Positions 1 to 13,060 of a stretch of 64,000 nucleotides of DNA are shown piece after piece. The DNA comes from Blepharisma stoltei ATCC 30299. Taxonomy: Eukaryota > Protista > Ciliophora. The notes below the pieces were generated by a model that saw only the letters and a program-made list of their open reading frames with translations, was not told where the DNA came from and ran no database searches. The DNA is taken from the NCBI GenBank assembly GCA_965603825.1, contig CBFDEM010000024.1, positions 585,525 through 649,524 of the forward strand. The letters run 5' to 3'. Every line of letters starts with the position of its first letter. Position 1 is the stretch's first letter. The position numbers and the translations under genes were made by a program.

Positions 1-2588
1 TTGATACCAATACGAGCAGCTTATTGTCATGGGACAGTTATGGGTATGCATATTTTAAATCAAATATCTTTATTTTTGCAGGTGATTTAAATCCGCCTAT
101 AGTTAACAGTTTTGTCATTTTTGATTTGCAATCCTCTATCATTAAATATGATGCTTATGACAGTTATCATTCTCCTAGTCCAAGAATGTACCATTCAATG
201 CAAGCAATGAGCAATAATTTATATTTGTTTGGAGGGTTAGGAGTTGATGAAGAGCTTTATAATGATTTATGGACTTTTAATTGTGTTGATGAGACGTGAA
301 AAGCTATTGACACAACTGGGAATATACCTTCTAAACGATATGGATATGCATCGGCAGCGAATGCAGATTTAATGCTTGTGTGAGGAGGATATGGTGTAAA
401 TGGGTATTTAAATGATGGGTACTTACTTGATATTACGTCAAATGCATGACATACTCTAACCTATTCTGGAGATGTCCCAAGTCCAAGAGTAGGAGCATGC
501 GGCGCTCAGATGGGATCAAAAATCGTTATATATGGTGGATTAACAGAATCAGGACTTTCTGATGAGCTATGGGTTTATGATTTGTCAACTTATCAATACA
601 CACTTTTAGACTATAGCAATACTAAAGGGCCTGGAAAATTATATTATGCTACTTGCAGAATGTCTACATCAACTCCGAATTTTGTATATGTACTGTATGG
701 AGAAACTGAAGATGAAAAGCCACTGAATGGAGTTTTTACTTTTAACATGTCAAGTAAAGCCTGAATCGCTAATTATACAGATACAGTAGATCTTACATGG
801 GCAAGAGCCAAAAGCTCAGTTTATAAGCTAAAAACAAGAATTTTGATCATAGGAGGAGAATCTTTCGGAAGTGAGCCAAATAATGAAATTTTTTATTTAG
901 ACACAAATAGTAATAAGCATGTACAGATCGGGAAATTAGAAAGTTCTATCTATGCAGCAGCTTTTGCTTATTTTCAAAATTACGTATATATACATGGTGG
1001 AGGAACTGCAGTTGGCTCTGTATTGAGATTTAACGTGCCTTCTAATAAATTCATAAGAATCCACTTATGATCTGATTGCACTGACAATACAACATGTTTT
1101 TGGGCATGCAGCCCAGGGACTTATAGAAGTGATAACTGCATTATATGCCCGCCTGGGACTTATTCTGATGGCTTTAATCATACTTTTTGTGATAAATGCC
1201 CTCAAGGGAAATATAATGGCCATCATGGAGCAACTTCTAAAGACTTATGCTATCCCTGCCAAGAAGGTACTTATAATAAGCTAAAAGGAGCTGCAGCCTG
1301 CTTAAAATGCCCATATGGATCTAAATGTGATGTAGGCAGTGTTGACTTTAGTTTCGTTTCCAAAACTTATGACGATAAATCAGATCAGCCAGCACTTTAT
1401 ACACCAGACACTGACCGGGTAAAAAATGATACGTTTATTATTCAAAGCCTTGTTGGGTTTATAGGACTATGTGTTATTCTTCTATTAATTTTTGTAAAAA
1501 AAGGAAGGGAACTGCTTGAAGACGTTGACTTGTACACAAATTTTCATAATCATATTATAGGAAGAGTGATGTATTTGAAGCAGACTTGGCTTGGAGGAGT
1601 TTTCAGTATCATTTTCATATTTCTTGCAATTATGGCTGTCGGTACAGCTTTAGTTAATTACGCTTTGAATAACACATATGAAGTAAAAAGCTTAGTACCA
1701 CTAGTCGTCCTTGAGCAAGACGTGTCTAACGTAAATTCTACATAGTATATTGGTGATTTCACAATAATCGTTACATTAATCCACTATGGAGGAACTTGCA
1801 TGGCAACTAACGAATGCTCATCTGAGCTCACACAAACTATTACTGGGATTAATGGCTCTTTAACTAAATCTACATGTCAAGCATATGATAATGGGAATTG
1901 CGAAATTACGATTAAATGCAAAAACTGTGAAATATTGAGTTATGCCCAAATTTCATATGCCATGAATAACCAAAACGGCTATGTTTCAGGTTTCACTGTA
2001 AATGTCACAGCTTCTTCATCTATTCCTAATGAAAAAAGCAGCTATGAGACAACTATTGAGCCATCTAAAAATTTTGTGTTTATGGGAACAGTTCCATCAG
2101 TGGTTTATTTTTATGCTATTCCTTCAGTAATTTTTATTTAGTATTATTCTGAAACACAAACTGATAAAAATCAGACAGGATATCATATATCCTTGAAACA
2201 AGCATCAGAAAAAGGATCAGAGTATCAAGCATTTGAGTAAAATTTATATAGACTTGGTATAGCGTTTAATTCATACTTAAATATCAAATTTGACACAGGA
2301 ACAAATGGGCTTGTGACAACGAGAAATGTCCGCCAAACGTGGATTATTTTAATTACTACACTTTTAGGGTCTGTTTTTGGAATTATGGGAAGTATTGGTG
2401 GGATAATGAAGCTAGTGGAGAAAAGATGGACAAAAATCAAAAAAATGTTAAAGAAAAAGTCTGCATACTTGAAGGCTGAGGAAAATGCTGACATTATCAC
2501 AAGTTCATATGAAATCCCACACTTTTATGAAGAACCATCTTCATCGCCCAAGGAAAGTCAGCCAGCATTTAAATTGTTTATTATATAA
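1..2588 (+). CDS. Kelch-repeat / Cys-rich / multi-TM surface protein, paralog A (5' end outside window)
   Basis: One frame from nt 3 with TGA=Trp. Kelch motifs (LYLFGG..LYNDLW, IVIYGG..DELW), CPPGTY/CPQGKY/CQEGTY Cys repeats, three hydrophobic segments. 15-nt introns at 1731-1745, 2127-2141, 2237-2251. Colinear with 2913-6405 at an offset of about 3811 nt. Confidence 0.85.
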
Positions 2589-2912
2589 ATTAGAGTACTT
2601 TTTACAAAATAATAAATCTAATAGATAAACTTATAATAATATCATTTGCGATATGACTCTAGGAATAAATAATTTAATCAATAATTGATAATTATAAAAT
2701 TGAAAATGGAAATCATTTAAAAGAGGTTTATTATTGTACTCAGAGCATGCAGAAATTATTAGGCAAAAAATATTTTCTATTATTTTTTACCATATAAATC
2801 AAATAAGAAAATTTCTTAAAATTAACTAGTTTTATAATAAATTTCCTTATAAGTAGAATTAAAAGTAACAATATCGTAATATGACGATATTGGAAAATCA
2901 TGATAATAATTA

Positions 2913-5900
2913 ATGGTCTTTTATGCATTACTATGGTACTTTCTACTTAAAGTCAACAGCTTGACGATGGAAAGAATTCCTTCCACAAGTACTCCTCCAG
3001 AAGCAAGATCTTTATGTGTCATGGAAACTTTTCCAGACCTTAACGTAACTATTGTTTTTGGTGGCTACTCAGATCCCAGGAATGCTTTTAATGACCTATG
3101 AAGCTTCGACTTGCAAAGAAAAGCCTGAAGCCAGCTTGCTGCTTCCAATGATATTTACCCTAGTAACTTTTATTTAGCTTCTCGCTATAACGGAGGCTCA
3201 TTCACAAGTTGAAGTGAGCAGTACTTCTATATTTTTGGTGGAATGTCTGTATCTGGCCCATTAAATGACTTGTGAAGATTCCAAGTAGATGGGTTTTTAT
3301 GAACCCAAATAATCACATATGGGGATATTCCTTCTCCTCGTCTAAAATTTGGATATACAGCTTTCACTCAAGATGATATTTTAAAATTCGCAGTATTCGG
3401 AGGGTTGACTATGAAAGGAGATGACAATGGTCTTTATTTGTAAAATATAATTTAGGCTTGATACATCAACTTGAAAATGGAGAAAACTCCCTCAAAATGG
3501 TAGTTATCCGCCTGCAATTGAAGGAGCGACGCTTGATTATTATGAAGGATACTTTTTTTTGGCAGGCGGTGAAACTAGAGAAGCTGCAAACCCATCAATA
3601 CAAACTTTTTATTTATATGATCTGAATAATGAAAAATGGAAAAATATAACATCAGCGCATACGTATTCTCCAAGGACGCTTTGTGGAAGTGCTTTAATTA
3701 ACGATGAGTTATATCTACTGAATGGTTATTCAAGTGTAACTAAGAAAAATGTACCTGAATGATATAAAGTCAGTTTATCAGACCCTAATTATGAATGAAG
3801 CCAAGTTCAATTCGACACTGCTACAAATAACTTATTAACTTTAGATAGTTATGGGTATGCGTATTTCAAGTCAATTCTCCTTATTTTTGCAGGCGATCGA
3901 AATCCACCTATAACAAACCAATTAATGATTTTTGATTTGGGGACATCTCCCATCAAATCCGATGCCTATGACAGCTACAATTCTCCAAGTCCAAGAATGT
4001 ACCATTCAATGCAAGCAATGAATAATAATTTATATTTGTTTGGTGGGCTGGGCTCTAATCAAGAGCTTTATAATGATTTATGGACTTTTGACTGTGTTGA
4101 TGAAACTTGAAAAACGATTGATGCAATTGGAAATATCCCTCCCAAACGCTATGGCTATGCATCAGCGGCTAGTGCAGATTTAATGCTCGTGTGGGGAGGA
4201 TATGGAGTAAACGGGTATTTAAATGATGGGTACTTACTTGATATTACGTCAAATGCATGGCATACCATGACATATTCAGGAGATGTTCCAAGTCCAAGAG
4301 TAGGTGCATGTGGTGCCCAGATGGGATCAAAAATCGTTATATATGGTGGATTAACAGAATCAGGGCTTTCTGATGAGCTATGGGTCTATGATTTGACGAC
4401 TTATCAGTATACACTTTTAGATTATAACAATACGAAAGGGCCTGGAAAATTATATTATGCTACTTGCAGAATGTCTACATCAACTCCGAATTTTGTATAT
4501 GTGCTGTATGGAGAAACTGAAGATGAAAAGCCACTGAATGGAGTTTTTACTTTTAATATGTCAAGTAAAGCCTGAATCGCTAATTATACAGATACAGTAG
4601 ATCTTACATGGGCAAGGGCCAAAAGCTCAGTTTATAAGCTAAAAACTAGAATTCTAGTTATAGGAGGAGAATCGTTTGGAAATGAGCCAAAAAACGAAAT
4701 TTTTTACTTAGACACAAACAATAACGAGCATTCTCAAATTGGAAAACTAGAAAGTTCTATTTATGCAGCAGCTTTTGCATATTTTCAAAACTATGTGTAT
4801 ATACATGGTGGAGGAACAGCAGTTGGCTCAATATTAAGGTTTAATGTGCCTTCTAATAAATTCATAAGAATTCACTTATGATCCGATTGCACTGACAATA
4901 CAACTTGCTTTTGGGCCTGCAGTCCAGGGACTTATAGAAGTGATAACTGCATTATATGTCCTCCCGGGACTTATTCTGATGGATTTAACCATACTTTTTG
5001 TGATAAATGCCCTCAAGGGAAGTATAATGGCCATTATGGCGGAACATCAAAAGACTTATGCTACCCATGCCAAGAAGGCACTTATAGCAGTCAAAAAGGA
5101 GCTGCTGCTTGTTTGGACTGTCCATATGGATCAATTTGTGACGTGGGGAGTGTAAATTACACCTATCAATTAAAAACCTACGACGATAAATCAATACAGC
5201 CAGCTCTTTACTCTCCAAATACAGACCAAATACATAATGATACCCTAATTATTCAAAGCACAGTTGGTTTTTCAGGCTTGATCGTTATTTTAGTATTAAT
5301 TTTTGTAAAAAAAGGGCAAAGCTTGCTAGAAAGTATTGACTTGTACACAACGAATCATAATCATTTAGTCGGACAAGTTATGTATTTAAAGCAGACTTGG
5401 CTTGGAGGAGCTTTTAGCATAATTTTTATATTTCTCGCAATTATAGCAGTTGGGACAGCTTTGGTAAATTATTCTCTGAATAATGTATATGAGTCTAAAA
5501 GTTTAGTTCCATTAGTAGTGCTTGAGCAAGATGTTTCAAATGTGAGGTATATATAGTTTATTGGAGACTTTACAATAGCAGTTACCTTAATTCATTACGG
5601 AGGGACTTGTGTGTCAGCTAATGCTTGTTCATCTGAGCTCTCCCAAACTATTACTGGGATTAATGGAATTTTCAGTAAATCTGTATGTAAAGCTTATGAC
5701 AATGGAGATTGTGACATCTCTTTTAGGTGCAAAAATTGTGAAGTGTTAAGCTACGCACAAATTTCATATGCCATGAATAACCAAAACGGTTATGTCTCAG
5801 GTTTTTCTGTCAATGTAACAGCTTCTTCTTCAATTCCTAATGAAAAAAGCAGCTACAAGACAACTATTGAGCCATCTAAAAATTTTGTGTTTATGGGAAC

Positions 5901-6405
5901 AGTCCCATCTGTAGTTTATTTTTATACAATTCCTTCGGTAGCATTTATTTAGTATTACTCAGAACCCCAAACTGATAAAAATCAGACAGGATATCATATG
6001 TCCTTAAAGCAAGCATCAGAAAAAGGATCAGAGTATCAAGCATTTGAGTAAAATTTACGCAGGCTTGGTTTAGCATTTAATTCATACTTAAATATTAAGT
6101 TTGACATCGGAACGAATGGACTTGTGACAACGAGAAATGTCCGCCAAACATGGATTATTTTAATTACTACACTTTTAGGGTCTGTTTTTGGAATTATGGG
6201 AAGTATTGGAGGGATAATGAAGCTAGCTGAGAAGAGATGGACTGAAATTAAAAATAAAGTGAACAATAAAGCAGCTTTAATAAAAGCTGAAGAAAACTCA
6301 AATGCCATATCTAGCTCATATGAAAGTCCATACAGCTTTGAAGATATTTCACCTTTGCCATCAACTCCTGAAAAATCTCCATCAATGAAGTATTTGATAA
6401 TTTAA
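2913..6405 (+). CDS. Kelch-repeat / Cys-rich / multi-TM surface protein, paralog B (~1138 aa)
   Basis: Signal-peptide-like start MVFYALLWYFLLKVNS, many Kelch repeats, Cys-rich repeats, TM segments. Introns 3163-3177 (15, no stop, inferred from consensus), 3440-3455 (16), 5542-5556, 5938-5952, 6048-6062 (15 each). Spliced length 3417 nt is divisible by 3. Confidence 0.88.
3440..3455 (+). other. 16-nt spliceosomal intron
   Basis: gtaaaatataatttag. Removal is required to join GLYL to LDTSTWKW, a +1 frame change between flanking ORF pieces. Confidence 0.85.
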
Positions 6406-6577
6406 TAACTAATCAATAATATGGTAAAAGAAATATGTGAAATTTCAAATAGAAGAAATTGAGATTTGTTTCATTATTTTATTTATGCAAAATTATGTCT
6501 TTAAAAGTTAATATTTAAATTTATTAAAATTTTTAAAAATCAAAGCTTTGGCAATAAATTAAAATTAATCAAAATCG

Positions 6578-7423
6578 TTATTCAAATCCAATTGGCCTTA
6601 AATACATCAAAAAATCACTTTTAGATCTTGTGTGCCCATATGATTTTCACAGCATTGAATTTTTCAAAGGATTTTGCAGCACTTTTTTGCTGTTCTCCAT
6701 TGTTTTTCTTATTTCATCGTTTAATTCTTCGATCTTTTTGTCAGCATATTTCTCGTTTTCTCTATCCTTATCCTTATGCTTTAATACAGACCCAAGCTCA
6801 CAGCAACTTTCAAAAAAACTATTTCCAGCTGAAATTTCAGATGCTTGCAGATCTGAGCCTCGAGTTATTTCATAGGTATTTAATGTATCATATTCTGTTT
6901 GTGTGCTTTTAACAGAATTTAGATTTTTTGTATGATAAAGAATCAAAAAATCGTTAATGAACTCTAGTAAAGAATTGAAGGCTTCTTCATACTTGTAATT
7001 TCTAATTAATTCGGTGTATAGTGTATAGGCTCCTATTCGTTTCAGGAACAATTGATTTAAATTGTGCTCGTTCCTGATCTGCTTTATGAGTGTACCAACA
7101 TTTTCTTGGATTTTTTCATTGAATTTGGGAAGGTTTTGGCTTTTCTTTAAATGCTTCTATGTAAATTTTACTGAAAGCTCGGTGCACTCTTTTATAGCAT
7201 TTTCTAGGTTTTTTGTTAAGTTTTGGTTTTCTGCCATAAAGGCATCTCTAAATAATGGATACTTTTCTTTCAATAGCTCACGGACGGCTTTTTTCAGCTG
7301 TGAATTTTGTATTGTTAGCTCTTCTATTTTTAATTTTTTCAGCTTTATTTCATTTGAAAAATGTTTTAGCTTGCTTTCTTGCAATTCGTAAGCTTTAAGC
7401 AATGTTTCTATCTTATTTTCCAT
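6578..7423 (-). CDS. Uncharacterised coiled-coil protein (~276 aa)
   Basis: ATG 7423 (MENKIETLL). 15-nt intron 7157-7171 (gtaaaatttacatag) joins the two ORF pieces. TGA at 6647-6649 read as Trp; TAA at 6578-6580. Confidence 0.7.
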
Positions 7424-7715
7424 GATTTTATCGGAAACAAAATAATAAATAATTTTAAAATGGAAATTAATAGGTAAATTAGGCTCAATTAAGCTATTAA
7501 AAGCGATGTGATATTGGCTTTGGACGTTTATTTCATAATATTTATAATTCTCAATCACTTTATTATTTATGTTTAGCATACTTAGCTGATTTTTTTGCAT
7601 TTAAACTAAGAATTTATTCCAAAAATGAAAAATACACCTTCTTTAGCTTTGAAGGATCAATGCCAATCCAATTAAGCTCAAATGCAAAATCTCATAATTT
7701 TATTTATTTATAAAT

Positions 7716-8141
7716 ATGGGTGATAATTCTATGAAATATATCGCGTTCGCTGGAATAGTCACAGCACTAATTATAGCTAATGAAGAAATTATCAGGAAAA
7801 AGCTTAAAGGTTTAATTGGGTGGCTGAAAGAAAAAATGAGTAAAGAAAAAGTATATGTTCCTAATGATATAAGGGAAAATCCAGAAAATGACATAGAAGT
7901 AGAAGGGATGGAGGCATTATTATGCCCGATATCGCATGAGCTGATGAGAAATCCTGTGATTACTCCATATGGGCATTGTTTTGAAAAATCACAAATAGAA
8001 GCTTGGCTGGACTTACATAATTACTGCCCACTAACCCGACAAAAATTAACAAAAAAGCAGCTAAGGCCTTGCTATACGTTGAAATATGCGGTTGAGCAGT
8101 ATATTCGCCTACAAGAAAAGCTAAACTTGAACAATAATTAA
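7716..8141 (+). CDS. Small U-box E3 ubiquitin ligase-like protein with N-terminal hydrophobic anchor
   Basis: LCPISHELMRNPVITPYGHCFEKSQIEAWL...CPLTRQKL U-box; YIAFAGIVTALIIA hydrophobic stretch. Confidence 0.88.
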   Translation: MGDNSMKYIAFAGIVTALIIANEEIIRKKLKGLIGWLKEKMSKEKVYVPNDIRENPENDIEVEGMEALLCPISHELMRNPVITPYGHCFEKSQIEAWLDLHNYCPLTRQKLTKKQLRPCYTLKYAVEQYIRLQEKLNLNNN

Positions 8142-8352
8142 CCTTCTATAATAGCTAAAATCATTGACATTTTAATAAATTTTAAAGAATAAAATCTATT
8201 TTATTTAATTTATTATATTTTTAAATAATTATATCTATTAATGCTATTTTATATATTTAGTAATGACTACACTGCTAAAATCTCTAATTTAAATTTCATT
8301 GCATTTAGAAGCATATTAATTTTAAGGTTTTTGTAAACGGAAACTATCATAA

Positions 8353-9231
8353 ATGTCAAAAAATTACCAAAATCCATCAACAGCTTCTAACCAAAAACAG
8401 TCAAAAATTCTATTTTCTGATAGTGAATCCAGCTCATCTCCTGGTGATTCTTTTATCCACGAAGAATCCTCAATTTCTCATCAGTTATCCCCAAAGTTCC
8501 AGCAAAGCGAAATCGGTGAAGAAATTCAAAGATCGATAACCCTAATTGCCTCAGCCCTTAAAAAAAGCAAAGTTCCCTATTCACAGCCTGATTTGTATGA
8601 TGGTGACATTCGAAAAACCCTTAACTCGCTGAATTATTTTGTATCAACTATATGTAGTGAATACCTATATGCAATAAACAAAATTAATGCTGAGGCCTCA
8701 TTAAATAAAATTGACTCATATAAGCAGCCGAAAATTGAAGAATTAAGGATCGCTAATGACAAGGTAAAAGACAAAGACAAAATTGATGAAGTTGGCGTGA
8801 CTGTTGTTAAAAAAGGCCAGTCAGATATTATGGCGAGACTATTTAAATTGCCAAAACAAGGATTAATGCTGACACATGAAGACTGTAAAGAATTTTCCTC
8901 ACTTATTATAGGCGCTATGAGGGACTCTGGAACTGCTGAGTTGCGAGAACAAATTGTGTATTTACAAGAAAAAGCTGTGAAATTTGGGAAATTGCTAAGT
9001 TTGACTAGAGCACAGCTTAGGAAAAAAGAAGATCAAGTCGATCAACTTTTACAGGCAAATAAAAATTTAAATCAGATGTAAATCATATATAGAATTTCAA
9101 ATCTCCAAGACAAAGTAGATGATAGATATTCCCCAGACCAAGAAATCTTCATAACTGATTTATCACCAAATAAGCAGCATTCTCACGAGACTTCAAGCAC
9201 CCAGAGTGAAGCAGTCTTTATAAACCCTTAA
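8353..9231 (+). CDS. Uncharacterised protein with C-terminal coiled coil (~287 aa)
   Basis: 242-aa ORF extended across 15-nt intron 9078-9092 (gtaaatcatatatag) to TAA 9229-9231. Confidence 0.72.
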
Positions 9232-9272
9232 TATTAATGAAATTAATACAATTTTTCCAAGAAATTAAAATT

Positions 9273-10139
9273 TTATAAAGTCCTTCTCTTTTTAGCTGTG
9301 TTCATATAAGGTCTTGATACCCATTCGACTTGTGCTTGAGGCAAATCGACAGTTCCTAATGAAATTTGGTACAATTTCATTATAAATCTCGGCCCAATTT
9401 CTTCTAAAGCTACTGTCTTATAATCTTCTTTGTTATAAACGTGATTTCTAAAGATAATATAGTCTTCTTGGTTCACAAAGCTTATAACTCTTTTACTGTC
9501 TAGCTTAGGCACTGGAAATAAGTATTTTAGTACATCAGAAACCCTATCCCCTATATTGCTTTGAAAATTATGAAAAATCAAATGTGGGTACTCCTCCGAC
9601 ATCGTGTCCAGTTGTGTCTTCAAATCATGCCGAAGCACCACATTAGCCAATGCAAAATAAGCAGTAGGGCCACTTGGCATATGCGAAATAATCATCCCAT
9701 CAGGCTTTCCTCTGTGCTCGTGTAGTATAATTAAATCAGTGAAATTATATTTTTGAGCAATTTCTACCAAATCTTTTATCACATAATTTCCACGATTTGT
9801 ACGGGTGGTATTCGGGATCACGATTTTTAGCTCTTTTAAAAACTGCATAAGGCGAGAACTTGGCCTTCTTGATGTGGTCATCAGGATTTTAGGCTCAATT
9901 GCCCCTGCGTCTGCGTATTCGTCGTCCATATGGTTTCGAGGAATTGCAGTATTGATGTCTTCAAGCTCGATTTCGTTGCGCAGTTTGGCTTCTTCGTGGC
10001 GGAGCTCTGTGGGGATTGATTTGTGTTCTTCAAATGCTTCTTTTATTTTTTGCTTTTTGAGAGACTTGGATTGTTCTTGGTGCTCAAGACTTTTCTTATA
10101 GAGATACTCTTTTCTTAGTCTCACATTTTTTCGAAGCAT
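9273..10139 (-). CDS. IMP4: U3 snoRNP protein IMP4 (Brix domain)
   Basis: MLRKNVRLRKEYLYKKS start, PKILMTTSR, HEHRGKPDGMIISHMPSGPTAYF, EIGPRF, EWVSRPYMNTAKKR. Confidence 0.95.
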   Translation of the reverse strand: MLRKNVRLRKEYLYKKSLEHQEQSKSLKKQKIKEAFEEHKSIPTELRHEEAKLRNEIELEDINTAIPRNHMDDEYADAGAIEPKILMTTSRRPSSRLMQFLKELKIVIPNTTRTNRGNYVIKDLVEIAQKYNFTDLIILHEHRGKPDGMIISHMPSGPTAYFALANVVLRHDLKTQLDTMSEEYPHLIFHNFQSNIGDRVSDVLKYLFPVPKLDSKRVISFVNQEDYIIFRNHVYNKEDYKTVALEEIGPRFIMKLYQISLGTVDLPQAQVEWVSRPYMNTAKKRRTL

Positions 10140-10240
10140 TTTATGATAATTAAGTTAAGTTATAATTTTTAAGGGAAATTGTAATAAATTTAATTGGAAA
10201 ATATCAAAAATTAATTAGAGGGATTATTTAATTAAGTTAA

Positions 10241-11647
10241 TTAGCAAAATCTAAAGTCTCTGAAATCACTTTTCCCGAGTGCGATTACCCGAAATCCAAT
10301 TTCTCTTAATGCGGAGTGGTTTAATAGGTTTCTCCCATCAAAAATATATGCAGGTTTCAGCATATCTTGGAACATCCTAGTATAATCAAAGTCTTTAAAA
10401 CAATCCCACTCAGTAAGCACTAAAATTGCACTTGAGTTTTTTACTGCTTCATATGGGTTGGTTTCAGTAATTAAGTGTTTATCAGCTGATATAAAATCTA
10501 AAAATTTGTGTAAATTCATCTCATTTAGCATCATTTGTCTAGTGACCTTTGGGTCATACACATGGATTATCGCTCCTTCTTCTAATAAAGTACTTGCCAC
10601 ATAGCAGGCAGCAGTTTCCCTTGTATCACCAGTATTTTTCTTATAAGCGAACCCAAACATCGCTATATGTTTATTTTTCAATGTATTATTCATCGAGGTA
10701 ATAATGCATTTGGTGAACCTATTCCTCTGAAACTCATTCATTATAATTACTTGTCTTCAGTAATTAGCTACATCAGTAAGCCCAATGCTTTCACAGATAT
10801 ATACTAAACACAGCACGTCTTTGGTAAAGCATGATCCTCCAAATCCTACACTTGTCCTGAGGAATTTGTTTCCTATTCTTTCATCTGTTCCTATTACTGT
10901 TGAAACTTCGTCTATATCTGCTCCAACTCTTTCACAAACAGCGCTTATGCTGTTTATAGAAGAAATTCTTTGGGCTAGCATAGCATTACTACAAAGTTTG
11001 GATAATTCAGAAGACCATAAGCTTGTAGTCAAAATTTTAGTCCTTGGGACCCATCTTGCATAGAGATTTGCCAAGGTTTCGATGGCTTCTTCGTTTTTTC
11101 CACCTATAAGAACTCTGCTTGGGTTTAATAAATCGTTAACAGCAGTACCTTCAGCGAGAAATTCGGGGTTCGAAAGAACTGAAAAATCAAGTCCAGGGGC
11201 ATTATGGGTCAAAATCTGTTCAATAATTTCAGCAGTTCTTACAGCGACTGTGGATTTTTCTACGATGATTTTTTTATCTGTGCAATCCTTTAATACTGAT
11301 GCAATTGATCTCACTGAGCTTTCTAAATAAGTCAAATCAAAAGCGCAGCCTGCACCTTCTCCGTAAGTCTTTGTAGGAGTATTAACGCAGATAAAAATTA
11401 TGTTGGAATTTTTGATTTCGTTAGAAACATCGTTTGAAAAAGATAAATTTCGGCCACGACAATTTTGAACTATTTCAAGGAGGCATGATTCATAAATTGG
11501 AAGTTCATTAGAATTTCAACGAGAAATTTTCTCGGGATCGAGATCAAGGCAGGATATTTGAAGATCTGGGCATTTATAAGCAAAAACAGCCATAGTGGGA
11601 CCACCTACAAACCCTGCTCCTATGCATGAAATTTTATGAACTTCCAT
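10241..11647 (-). CDS. UGDH: UDP-glucose 6-dehydrogenase (~468 aa)
   Basis: [16 protein letters not shown] Rossmann motif, [36 protein letters not shown] at 11516-11518 (RWNS) and 10757-10759 (NYWRQVI) fall on conserved Trp. Confidence 0.96.
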
Positions 11648-11966
11648 TTATATTTAAAATGAAAAAAATTAGAAATCGTATGGATTTGAGTCAATTAAGG
11701 CAAAATATTCAGAATTAATTGAAATTTATAATAAAAGCCTATCTAATTTTTTTATAAAATAAATTTATTTAGTCATATAATTAAGAAAATAAAGTTAAAA
11801 CATTAAAACATATGTTGAAAACTGTATTATTCATAAACATTTCGCATATTTATAAATTATTTCTTCAATTAATTTATATTCTTTTAGTATCTATGTGAAT
11901 TTAAACACTTATAGCAGCAATTTATATTATGAATTTATATCCATTAATTGAAATTATCTGATAATT

Positions 11967-12308
11967 ATGAATTTTTTTAAGCTTCGCAGATTTTTTGGAG
12001 CTGCTAAAGATTATTCTTCCGTCATTTCAGGGCATTCAAAAGCTCATCCTATTTTGCTATACTCACGTTCAGATTCTCAGCAAAGTGCTAGAGCAAAATC
12101 TTTGTTATCTGAACATAAATTATCACCATTTGTGATTGAAATAGATAAGGAAGAAGATCCAAAATCTTTTAGAGAAGCTCTTAAAGAAGCAACAAACTTA
12201 ACAAGAATTCCGATAATTTTTGTTCGAGGAAAGCCAATTGGTGGCTTAGGAGATCTTCGGAAAAAATTGAAGAATGGAGAGATACAGTCTGAACTGAAAG
12301 ACAAATAA
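11967..12308 (+). CDS. Glutaredoxin-fold protein lacking cysteines, possible mitochondrial presequence
   Basis: YSRSDSQQSARAK in place of F-S-K-x-x-C-P-Y-C; retains TRIPIIFVRGKPIGG; N-terminus MNFFKLRRFFG. Confidence 0.8.
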   Translation: MNFFKLRRFFGAAKDYSSVISGHSKAHPILLYSRSDSQQSARAKSLLSEHKLSPFVIEIDKEEDPKSFREALKEATNLTRIPIIFVRGKPIGGLGDLRKKLKNGEIQSELKDK

Positions 12309-13060
12309 TTAAATCAAAAATTGAGGTATGCTAAAGAGTGTAATTTTAAGTATATGCAGTTCTGAAAAGCTTAATTAACACTTGAAATAATTTCCATTGC
12401 TATATTTATAGATAAATCCGAATTTGCCTTAGTAATGGCCTTTTAGTTTTGTCCTATAAAAATTGTGTTATTAACGTGCATTTTTTATTATAAAATAAGT
12501 CAAAAAATCCAGTAAATTTCTAAATTAAATCATCTCTCATTCATATAAATCTTAAAACATTTTTATAATTTGTAAAGCTGAATAGTTTACTCTCAAGATA
12601 TAAAATTCACTTCCACACATACCTCAAATTAAACTATTTATATTTATTTAGTATAATTTTATAGTTTATAATAATTTTAATATTTCCTGGATCTGATATA
12701 GCATAGCTCGATAATTAGTCTAATTCTAATTCTGCAGTTTAAATATAAAGAGGTCTTTATTTTTTGATTTTAGTCGTCTTGTTGCAATATGTTTTGCTTA
12801 TAAAGAGCTATTTTGCCAAAATATCCAATTGAGATAATGCTAAAAACATTGGAAATAATCAGAAAACCCTGCAAGATCCCAAAAAAATGAAGAAAATATT
12901 CTCATCACTGACTAAATTCTATCAGATATCGCTTCTTTGTCCATTTTTAATTTAACTTCGTTTATAAAACTTTTCGTTAATTTTCCAGTAGAGATGAATA
13001 TTTATGCAGATTTCAACAGCAATTTAGTATTAAATATCCATTAATTACTACATAGTTTAT

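Noticed and set aside
7424-7600. N-terminal extension of the 7157-7600 ORF
   Set aside because: AT-rich divergent promoter-like spacer; ATG 7423 preferred.
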